62,548 nucleotides of DNA, taken from Anaerovibrio sp. (GTDB lineage: Bacteria > Bacillota > Negativicutes > Selenomonadales > Selenomonadaceae). A model generated the notes under the pieces. That model was not told the origin of the DNA, did not search any database, and was given only the letters and a program-made list of their open reading frames with translations. Each line of letters begins with the position of its first letter. Positions within the stretch are counted from its first letter, which is position 1. Made by a program: the position numbers and the translations under genes. Shown here piece by piece: positions 54,347 to 62,548 of this stretch. The DNA is taken from NCBI RefSeq assembly GCF_017475925.1, contig NZ_JAFVER010000058.1, one strand, 5' to 3'.

Positions 54347-54757
54347 TTACGATCCATTATCAATGTCATAGAAATAATTGATTAATAGCTCAATGACGTT
54401 ATTATGTTCAGGCCTCAGGTGTCGAAATTTTTTTATGAGTGAAGCTTCATGTTCTGTGAGCAGAGATACATTGTCTATAAGGGATTCATCATATGATGCT
54501 ATGGTTTTCCCGCTAGTAATATAAGAAGTTGAAGTAGGTTTATTATGAGTGATATCTCGAGTGCGTCCCAGAAGATAATCCGTGGAAACATCAAAGAAGT
54601 CCGCTAACTTAGGCAAATTTCGTTTTATGCTACCTCCGTGTTCATACTTCACATAAGTGGTGCGATCGATACCCAGTGCCTTAGCAATCTCAGCTTGAGA
54701 CATATTTCGGTCTTGGCGCAGCTCTCGCAGAATATGTGCAGTTTTCAATATAGTCAC
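54347..54757 (-). CDS. XRE-family HTH regulator
   Basis: LRELR..MSQAEIAKALGIDRTTYVKYEHG, LADFFDVSTDYLLG. Confidence 0.92.
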   Translation of the reverse strand: MTILKTAHILRELRQDRNMSQAEIAKALGIDRTTYVKYEHGGSIKRNLPKLADFFDVSTDYLLGRTRDITHNKPTSTSYITSGKTIASYDESLIDNVSLLTEHEASLIKKFRHLRPEHNNVIELLINYFYDIDNGS

Positions 54758-54802
54758 TTCCTTTTACATCCATTATAAAATATAAAAAAATGCGGTAAAA
54801 GT

Positions 54803-54974
54803 TGTGAAAATATACCACATAAATGTAAAAAGATGTGAAAAAAATACACGTACCCATTAAGAAATTTATCTGCTTTTCGATATAGTTAATAAGGATTTTC
54901 TTATAATGGAAGGGTTATGCCAAAAAATGTGAAGATATTACACATATCTAAAATAAAAGTGTATTTATATCACA
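54803..54974. promoter_or_regulatory. Four TGTG-N9-CACA operator palindromes
   Basis: Copies at 54803, 54834, 54928 and 54958 in the divergent XRE/operon spacer. Confidence 0.7.
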
Positions 54975-55008
54975 TGAAATGATGCAATAAGGAGATGAGT
55001 ACTGAATT

Positions 55009-56142
55009 ATGATACAAAGCACATTACTTGTACGGCGGTATATATTATGTATTTTTATAGTGGGGGTTGTCTTTTATTCTAATGTAGTTATGGCTCAGGA
55101 AGTTACCGTAACAGGTATGGGTAGCGATCGAGATAGTGCATTAAGGGATGCTACAAGACTTGCTGTAGAACAAGTTGTTGGTACATTTATCACTTCAGAG
55201 ACCGTGATGAAAAACTTAACCATCCAATTGGACGAGGTTTACAAAAAGTCCCAGGGATTTATTAATAATATACGGATTTTAGATGAGGGCATGGCATCTG
55301 ACTCCTTATATAGAGTAAAAGCAGCAGTAGATGTAGATACAAATCCCAATGCTGAATTAATAAATACATTAACTATGATTATGCGCCTTAATGATCCACG
55401 CATAGTAGTTGTTGTATTGGAAAAGGATGCTGATGGTCAGGTAGTACATGATGGTATGGCAGAAAGTGCTTTAAATAGTAAATTGGTAGAAAGTGGATTT
55501 TCTAATGTTTTGGATGCTGCACATGTTATAAATTTGAAAAATTCCCAATTGTTAAAAAGTATTTATGATGGCAGTAGGGATGAATTTCAGGGAGAAGCGG
55601 ATCATGTGGCTGATTTTCTAGTTATTGGGTCATTAAAAGATGAAACAGGCAATGTTGCTATTCCAAAATATAATGAAAGTGGAATGCTGGATACATCCAT
55701 TATGAATAGTAGGGCGTTGTTAAAGATAGATGTGATTAGTTATAGTACAGGAAAGCTGATAGATTCATTTCTGACAGAAGGGACAGGTATTGGTGTTAGT
55801 CAGGCGGCAGCAAGAAGTAAAGCCACTAGTACAGCAGCAAAGCAAGCAGCAGTAAAACTCATAGAAAAATTTAAAAAGCATGGAGCAAAAAATACGCAGG
55901 GGACAGAATTTGTATTGATGGCTGATAATGAAGAACAGCTATATCAGGTTATGCATACGCTGCGTTCCTTAACTTGTGTAGATAATGTCTACATAAGGGA
56001 GCAAAATAGCAATACAGTGGTGTTAGATGTGGAATCTGTACAGAAACCTCATGAAATAGTACGAATACTCAGAAATGCAACTGAATATGGTATTGCGGTG
56101 GAAAGTATAAATAATGCTCGCTGTCAGTTACGGATTAAATAA
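55009..56142 (+). CDS. Exported protein, FlgT-N/LPP20-like domain plus TolB-N/CsgG-like domain
   Basis: Signal peptide (VMA-QE), ALRDA.R.AVEQVVGTFI.SET, then DPRIVV..ADFLVIG..STGKLI. Confidence 0.65.
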   Translation: MIQSTLLVRRYILCIFIVGVVFYSNVVMAQEVTVTGMGSDRDSALRDATRLAVEQVVGTFITSETVMKNLTIQLDEVYKKSQGFINNIRILDEGMASDSLYRVKAAVDVDTNPNAELINTLTMIMRLNDPRIVVVVLEKDADGQVVHDGMAESALNSKLVESGFSNVLDAAHVINLKNSQLLKSIYDGSRDEFQGEADHVADFLVIGSLKDETGNVAIPKYNESGMLDTSIMNSRALLKIDVISYSTGKLIDSFLTEGTGIGVSQAAARSKATSTAAKQAAVKLIEKFKKHGAKNTQGTEFVLMADNEEQLYQVMHTLRSLTCVDNVYIREQNSNTVVLDVESVQKPHEIVRILRNATEYGIAVESINNARCQLRIK

Positions 56143-56157
56143 AGGGGATGAGTAGGA

Positions 56158-57075
56158 ATGAGAAAAGGTATTTGTATGTTGATAATGCTGTTCTGCTTCG
56201 TCGGAACAGGAAAAGCTGCTTCGTTGCACGATTATCCAAATGTGGCAGTGCTACCCTATGCCAATAAAGCAGCTGTTTCAAGGCAGCTTTCTATGGAAGA
56301 TGCTTCCATGGTGTCGGAGTTTGTTATAGAACAGCTTTTGGATTCAGAAAGATTTAATTTAATTGAGCGGGAAATGCTAGAAGCTATTATGAAAGAACAT
56401 AGCTTTAATATGTCTGGTATAGTTGACCTGACGACTGCTGCACAGATTGGCAAGCTGGCTGGCGTAAAGTACCTGGTAGCTGGTAGTGTAACAGGATTGA
56501 GTACAAAAAGCAGTGGGGCGTCATATTCAGATTCGGCCAAGGGTGGTGCAGGCTTTAATATTAATACAGTTATTGCTAATGTTACAGCACGGTTTATTGA
56601 TGTGGAAACAGGCAGAATTGTTTTGGCAGCCAGTGGTACAGGAGAGTCCGCCAGCACCAATGTAGAGTTTTCCCAGCGAAAAACCAAGAAAGAAACACTT
56701 TCAGAATATTATCCATATACGGAATCGATGAACAGTGGTGTTTATGATAGTGGAATAGATGGTAGCGGTAACGTGGTTAATGATGAAGTAATCGATGATG
56801 GGGAAGTTGCCCAAAACGATGATATGTATATAGCAACTGAAAATAATGCTGCTTATGATAGTAGCGATATGGGAACGGAGGCAATAAATATCGGTTCTTT
56901 GGCTTCTGCTAGTAAAGTGGTAGAACGAGAAAGAAAAATAGTCATTGGTACTAAGAGTTTCAGCCAGGTTCAAGTACGCAATGCGCTGTATAAAGCAGTG
57001 GGGGATCTTATTTATAACAAAAAATTTGGAATTTTGGCAAAGATGGATGGTAAGGCAAGGCGTAGAAAGGTTTAG
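56158..57075 (+). CDS. CsgG/HfaB-family protein with acidic insertion
   Basis: VAVLPY, RFNLIERE, AAQIGKLAGVKYLVAGSV, RFIDVETGRI. Confidence 0.85.
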   Translation: MRKGICMLIMLFCFVGTGKAASLHDYPNVAVLPYANKAAVSRQLSMEDASMVSEFVIEQLLDSERFNLIEREMLEAIMKEHSFNMSGIVDLTTAAQIGKLAGVKYLVAGSVTGLSTKSSGASYSDSAKGGAGFNINTVIANVTARFIDVETGRIVLAASGTGESASTNVEFSQRKTKKETLSEYYPYTESMNSGVYDSGIDGSGNVVNDEVIDDGEVAQNDDMYIATENNAAYDSSDMGTEAINIGSLASASKVVERERKIVIGTKSFSQVQVRNALYKAVGDLIYNKKFGILAKMDGKARRRKV

Positions 57076-57089
57076 GAGGCTACAGTATA

Positions 57090-57764
57090 ATGCATACAGT
57101 TTTAGAAAAGCTTGTTCTGATAATGGGAGTTTTTTTATGCTTGGTATCTCAGGTTGAGGCTGCACCTATGACCGAAAAGCCTACGGTGGCCGTTATGGAT
57201 TTTGGTCGGCATGTGGGAGCATCAACAGCAGATATTATTCTTGATAATACAGAAAAAACATCCTCTGACTATATCATTGAGGCTTTAGTGGAAACTGGTA
57301 AATATGATGTGGTAGACAAGGATATGCTGGCAGAAAAGCTTGCGGAAGCAAATTTGAAAACTACCGGGATTATTGACCCAGATACAGCTAAACAAATCGG
57401 TGAAATACTAGGAGTTCGCTATATTATTTATGGCAATGTAAATGACGTCACCGGCAGCAGTACAGGCTTGCAGATTTATAGTGTGGGGGCAGATGTAAAT
57501 ACTGTCAAGGCACATATTATTGCCCGTATGATGGATGTCAATACGGGAGATATAGTAATGGCTGCTAAGGGAGAAGGGAAGTCTAAAAGCTCCTTTGCTA
57601 AAGCTGGCAAGGAAAATACCGGGTATATTACCGTGGGCACTACTCAAATATCTCAGGTGAGTGTACATAATTCCATAAAAAAGGCAGCCTATGCCATGGT
57701 TGATAAATTGACGGAGCGTCTTTTTGGCGTTAGGCCATTTGCTGGGGAAACGGATGATAACTAG
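57090..57764 (+). CDS. CsgG/HfaB-family protein
   Basis: VAVMDF, KYDVVDK, AKQIGEILGVRYIIYG, RMMDVNTGDI. Confidence 0.85.
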   Translation: MHTVLEKLVLIMGVFLCLVSQVEAAPMTEKPTVAVMDFGRHVGASTADIILDNTEKTSSDYIIEALVETGKYDVVDKDMLAEKLAEANLKTTGIIDPDTAKQIGEILGVRYIIYGNVNDVTGSSTGLQIYSVGADVNTVKAHIIARMMDVNTGDIVMAAKGEGKSKSSFAKAGKENTGYITVGTTQISQVSVHNSIKKAAYAMVDKLTERLFGVRPFAGETDDN

Positions 57765-57957
57765 CCTTCCACTCTGGGGAAGCACCCAAGGGTACTAGGG
57801 CAGAGCCCATCGGTGACTGCCATTACACAATATTACAAACGGGGTGAATATTATGAGTTTATTTTATCATTATTGTGGATTAGCACTTAATGATGGGGAT
57901 GGAAGATTGAAGAAATTACAAATAAGTTACAATAATGTGGGAGTAATGAAAGGATAG

Positions 57958-59649
57958 GTGATGAAAGTGAAAAGTAAAGGTATTTTTCTTTTAGTATTTC
58001 TTGCCATATTGGCAATTACAGCAACAGCTTTTGCAGATTATACAAAAATAGCGGATAATACTGTCCCAGCGTATACCAATTCCGCATTAACAAAGAGAAA
58101 TGGAAATGAGCGGGTAGATAAAGGGGATAGGGTAACAGTTCATCAGGAAACGCCAAATGCATATTATGTAACGTATCCTGTAAGAAATGGAACTAAGACA
58201 AGGTGGGTACCCAAAAATATATTTAATAATGTTCCTCAAGGGAGTAATCCTAAGGGGTATTTTGATGGCTTGGTAAGTAATTCTAATCAGCAAATTCGGG
58301 TAACTGGTTGGGCTTTTGATAGAGATAATGTTAATGAACAAATTCATGTTCATGTATATATAGGTGGGCCGGCAGGCTCGGGGGAAGGTCATGATATTAT
58401 AGCTAATAAACATCGACCAGATGTAGGACGGGCTTTCGCCGGTGCTGGTGATTATCATGGATTTGATGAGGTGATAACCACACAACGTGCAGGTAAACAA
58501 GAAGTATATATATATGCAATAAATGTTGGTGGCGGACAAAATATAGAGCTTGGGCATAAAACTGTGGATATAAAGGCATCTAGTCATAATCCAATGGGAT
58601 ATTTTGATGGGGTTGTAAGCAATAGTAATAATACAGTTACTGTAACTGGATGGGCATTAGATAAGGATGATGTTAATGCACAGATTAGGGTGCATATATA
58701 TATTGGTGGACCGGCAGGAACAGGTGAAGGACATGATATACATGCTAATAAACATCGACCCGATGTAAATCAGGTATATGCTGGTACTGGTGAATATCAC
58801 GGGTTTAATGAAGTGATAAAAACAAATCGCACAGGACGGCAAGAGGTTTATGCCTACGCAATCAATATTGGTGGTGGAAATAATACTGAATTAGGGCATA
58901 AAACCATTGATATAAAGAGCAGTAAACCTATTCCAGCGCCAGTGCAAGAACAGGATGGATATATCAAGACCAATGGAGCACGGCTGAATTTCAGAGTTGC
59001 ACCTAATGGAGCCATAATCGATAAAATCAACAACGGTACATCAGTAAAGGTATTGGCCCATAATAATCCTAATGGCTGGTCAAAGATAAGATACAATGGC
59101 CGGGAAGGATATGTATCAAGTCAGTATATTTCGCCAGTACCACCAATACCGGTAAATCCTGTAAGTCAAAAGCTGCAGCAATTAGCCAATGGTGCAAATG
59201 GTTATAAGATGGGAACAAAATATACTGGTAGTGGACAATGTAGAGGCTTCGCCAATATGGTATATTTGGCTACATTCCAAGGTGTGCAATATATCAGTGG
59301 CTATACAAACAGTAATTATAGTGCTGCAAGTATAGCAGGCTCTCATGAAGTTGGACATCTGTTTAATTTTGGTACAGGTGCAACGGCAGAAGTTAAGGCG
59401 TTGTTTATGAAAGCAAGACCAGGAGCTTTTGTACAGATGGGGCGTAGATATACTTTAAATAGTACACGAACTGCACCTAGTCCACATAGTGCTATTTTGT
59501 ATAGTGTCAGCGATGGAGGCGTTCAGTTCTATGAAGCTAATACGGATGGGAAAAATACTATTAAAGTAAATACGTATAGCTGGGCTGAATTGGCTCAAAA
59601 GAATAAGGGGTTTACAATCTATGAGCCAAATAATTATGCGTTGAAATAA
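57958..59649 (+). CDS. Secreted modular cell-wall hydrolase: SH3-like + 2 Ig-like repeats + SH3b + CHAP/NlpC-like domain
   Basis: Signal peptide (AFA-DY), 114-aa repeats starting at 58246 and 58588, SH3b (LNFR..GYVSSQY), GQCRGFA..HSAI..YEAN. Confidence 0.75.
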   Translation: MMKVKSKGIFLLVFLAILAITATAFADYTKIADNTVPAYTNSALTKRNGNERVDKGDRVTVHQETPNAYYVTYPVRNGTKTRWVPKNIFNNVPQGSNPKGYFDGLVSNSNQQIRVTGWAFDRDNVNEQIHVHVYIGGPAGSGEGHDIIANKHRPDVGRAFAGAGDYHGFDEVITTQRAGKQEVYIYAINVGGGQNIELGHKTVDIKASSHNPMGYFDGVVSNSNNTVTVTGWALDKDDVNAQIRVHIYIGGPAGTGEGHDIHANKHRPDVNQVYAGTGEYHGFNEVIKTNRTGRQEVYAYAINIGGGNNTELGHKTIDIKSSKPIPAPVQEQDGYIKTNGARLNFRVAPNGAIIDKINNGTSVKVLAHNNPNGWSKIRYNGREGYVSSQYISPVPPIPVNPVSQKLQQLANGANGYKMGTKYTGSGQCRGFANMVYLATFQGVQYISGYTNSNYSAASIAGSHEVGHLFNFGTGATAEVKALFMKARPGAFVQMGRRYTLNSTRTAPSPHSAILYSVSDGGVQFYEANTDGKNTIKVNTYSWAELAQKNKGFTIYEPNNYALK

Positions 59650-59679
59650 TGTTTGACATGTTACAAGATGAGAGGATAG

Positions 59680-61377
59680 GTGATGAAAATGAAGAGAAAA
59701 GGCCTATTGTTTATTGTATTGTTGATAGTGCTTACTTTTGCTTCAACCGCATTTGCAGATTATACCAAAATAGCTGACAATACTGTTCCAGCATACACCA
59801 ATTCTGCATTAACAAAAAGAAATGGCAATGAACGGGTAGATAAAGGTGATAGAGTAACAGTTCATCAGGAAACGCCAAATGCATATTATGTAACGTATCC
59901 TGTAAGAAATGGAACTAAGACAAGGTGGGTACCCAAAAATATATTTAATAATGTTCCAGCGCCAGTGCAAGAACAGGATGGATATATAAAGACCAATGGT
60001 GCACGGCTGAATTTTAGAACTACACCTAATGGAACAATAATAGACAAAATTAATAATGGCACAACAGTAAAGGTCTTGGCGCATAACAACCCTAGTGGCT
60101 GGTCGAAGATAAGATATAACAACCGTGAAGGTTACGTGTCAAGTCAGTACGTGGTAATAGGAAATTTGCCTACACCAGCACCAGCACCAACACCAACACC
60201 ACCAGAAAAGATTGTTTATCCTGCCGAGGGAGATTATTACCTCATCCACGAAGCGAATGGAGGATTTGCTCTTGATGTAAAGGGTGGTGGACAGGCAGCT
60301 CCATTAACCAACGTGTGGTTATACAACAAAAATAATTCAGATGCTCAATTATTTACTGTAAAAAGGAACAGTAACGGGTGGTATACAATAGCCCATAAAC
60401 GTACAGGGCATGTTTTGAATGTACCATACAGTAACACTAGCAATGGTATAGCATTGTGGATTGCACGGTTTGATAACACCGATGCTTGCTTTTGGCGGTT
60501 TATTGATGCCGGAAATGGTTCATATTTTATCCAGAACAAAATTTCTCCTAATCCAATAATGGAGGTATCTGGAAATAATATATATACTGGTGCAAAAGTT
60601 CAATTGTGGCAGAGACATAACGGGCAGGCAGGAAAGTGGAAGCTGGTAAAGGTTACCGCACCTGCACCTGTACAAGAACAAGATGGCTATATCAATATTA
60701 ATGGAGCACGGCTGAATTTTAGAGCTACACCTAATGGAACCATAATAGATAAAATCAATAATGGTACGGCAGTAAAAGTATTGGCACACAATAATCCTAA
60801 TGGCTGGTCGAAGATAAGATATAATGGCCGGGAAGGATATGCGTCAAGTCAGTACGTAGTGATAGGAAAGATACCTGTTCCTACGCCTGTAACAACGCAA
60901 TTTCGATATCCGTTAAATAATATTTATGTATGTGGAAATAATTGGATGACAAAATATTCAAAACGTCCATCACGGCCGTATCATGCTGGGATTGATGTTA
61001 AATCCAGTAGTGGTGATAAAACAGTATACGCAACGGCTGATGGCACAGTAGCTGCCTCTGGGTGGAATAGTGCAAACGGAAATTTTGTTATTATACAGCA
61101 TGTGCTAAATGGGAAAACAATATATAGCTTCTATTGTCATATGAGTAAACGTTCAGTAAACAAAGGTAACAGTGTAAAAAGTGGTACTCCGATAGGTATT
61201 ATAGGCAATACAGGTAGTGCCTCGGCTGGAGAACATCTACATTTTTCTTTTGTGGACAAGTTAATGTCTAGTGGAGGTTATTGGGGGTATGTAACGACAA
61301 CAGGTAATGCCGTTACATATCAAGGATATACTTTCTACTCGCCTGCATTTGTTATTGATAATCAACGGTTACCATAA
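59680..61377 (+). CDS. Secreted modular M23 peptidase: SH3-like + SH3b + ricin-type lectin + SH3b + M23
   Basis: Signal peptide, QxF/W-type lectin repeats, HAGID (HxxxD) and HLH motifs. Confidence 0.85.
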   Translation: MMKMKRKGLLFIVLLIVLTFASTAFADYTKIADNTVPAYTNSALTKRNGNERVDKGDRVTVHQETPNAYYVTYPVRNGTKTRWVPKNIFNNVPAPVQEQDGYIKTNGARLNFRTTPNGTIIDKINNGTTVKVLAHNNPSGWSKIRYNNREGYVSSQYVVIGNLPTPAPAPTPTPPEKIVYPAEGDYYLIHEANGGFALDVKGGGQAAPLTNVWLYNKNNSDAQLFTVKRNSNGWYTIAHKRTGHVLNVPYSNTSNGIALWIARFDNTDACFWRFIDAGNGSYFIQNKISPNPIMEVSGNNIYTGAKVQLWQRHNGQAGKWKLVKVTAPAPVQEQDGYININGARLNFRATPNGTIIDKINNGTAVKVLAHNNPNGWSKIRYNGREGYASSQYVVIGKIPVPTPVTTQFRYPLNNIYVCGNNWMTKYSKRPSRPYHAGIDVKSSSGDKTVYATADGTVAASGWNSANGNFVIIQHVLNGKTIYSFYCHMSKRSVNKGNSVKSGTPIGIIGNTGSASAGEHLHFSFVDKLMSSGGYWGYVTTTGNAVTYQGYTFYSPAFVIDNQRLP

Positions 61378-61563
61378 AGAGATTATTAAAGGTAAATGCA
61401 CACGGTCAGTTGTTCTTTTCAAAGGGTTTATGGATATTTTTCCATGATATTAATATTTCCTTCAGTTTGTGAAATAATAATATTTTCTTTGTTTTTACAG
61501 CTGGCCGGTTACAATATTTTATTATGGTTAGTCGCTAAAATTTTAGTCAAAGGTGGTAGATTT

Positions 61564-62548
61564 ATGTTAAAAAAAGGGATTGGTATAGTTTTAGCTGCAA
61601 GTATCTTGATGGGGCCAATGATTAATTGTTGTGAAGCAGGGAGTAATATATGGAAGGACATTAATAAAATTTTTTCATCCGTTAGTAAAGGTTCTAGTCG
61701 TAGTTCTCGTCAACAAACAGATCCCGCTCCACAGCGAATTGATTTTAATCTGGATGGGAGCTATTCCAGAATTCAATTCGATAGCAGTGTATATCAGAAA
61801 TCCTCTGTTGTCTCTGAGCATTATTTTACAGTAGATAGGCCGTCAGAAGTTGATCTGCATTTTATCGGTCACACACGAAGGTATTTTAATTTTTCTGTAT
61901 TTGATGCTGATCAAAATAAATTAGGAGATCAAGTGGGTGTACTGGAAAATGCTGCAGACAGAACACTGATTTTAAAACCTGGTCGCTATGTTATCAAAAC
62001 AAAAGTTGATCACAATAATGGTCAAAATAAAAAAGATATAGATTATGAAATAAAAGGGACTGCTCGTAATATTCCGACCACAGTAAACGAAGCCAATTAT
62101 AGCCGCCGTGAAGCGTCGGGATTGTTTTTTGGCGAAGAAACTGTAGATTATATGCCAATGTATAATAATGATGACCAAGATCGGAAGTATTATAAAATTG
62201 TACTTCAGACACCGACAAATATTAATATACTTATCGACCAATTATCAAAAAAGTGTAGTGTTTATTTTGAGTTACTAGGGCGTGTTGATTAATTCCATTC
62301 GCCCATCTTCACAGGTCTTGACTGTCCTTGCGTCGTTGACAAATCCTCGACATAGTACCACTATGACTGTGGTTTGTCGCCTAGCAATAGACAGCCAATC
62401 ACTGCACATATGGACAAACTCATTTAATCAACACGCCCTAGATGAAGATGAACGTATTATAGATTATTTGAACGATTTTAGAGATAAACATTTAATTTAT
62501 ACAAAACAATTAGATGCAGGAACTTATTATTTAAAGGCTAAAAGGGCA
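61564..62548 (+). pseudogene. Exported beta-sandwich (PPC-like) repeat protein interrupted by a MITE; runs off the window
   Basis: Signal peptide; removing 62278-62440 restores ..FELL-DEDERII..LDAGTYYLKAK, parallel to the first repeat ..FSVFDADQN..LKPGRYVIK. Confidence 0.8.
62278..62438. mobile_element. 161-bp MITE (family A) inserted in a gene
   Basis: Same 15-bp TIRs and length as 40100-40260; TA duplicated. Confidence 0.92.

Noticed and set aside
54347-54757. XRE gene as a prophage repressor
   Set aside because: No integrase, replication, structural or holin genes; the hydrolases carry Sec-type signal peptides
57764-57825. Possible c-di-GMP-I riboswitch remnant before the hydrolases
   Set aside because: Only a vague 3'-half resemblance; the GGCAAA/GAAA P1 features are missing

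Overview
Chromosomal window from an anaerobic Firmicute. Gene content and style suggest Negativicutes/Selenomonadales (inference only). From 1 to about 51,700 it is mostly housekeeping. In order: CIRCE-groES-groEL; glmS ribozyme-glmS; an Rrf2-cupin-Zn-macrodomain-class M sirtuin cluster; guaB; an OmpR-type two-component pair; clpB; a Leu T-box-leuA; dtd; rny-ymdB; tRNA-Gln; rsmD-coaD; ctsR-radA-carD-PIN/TRAM-ispDF-cysS-mrnC-thyX-rlmB-NYN-sigH, interrupted by an orphan hsdS and an AGCS symporter; an 11-subunit nuoABCDHIJKLMN operon; and comFB. From about 51,800 it is AT-richer accessory DNA. It carries an AbiE type IV toxin-antitoxin pair and an XRE regulator with four operator palindromes. These are followed by a gene run encoding three CsgG/FlgT-fold exported proteins and two modular secreted peptidoglycan hydrolases with a shared N-terminal domain. 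This run is the best candidate for an undescribed system: a curli-less CsgG-type export or envelope machine with wall-lytic cargo. Intergenic DNA holds at least three families of short palindromic repeats. One 161-bp MITE is caught interrupting a gene, one element is nested in another, and one fragment supplies the clpB ribosome-binding site. All calls are by eye from motifs; no database search was run, and repeat boundaries may be off by a few bases.
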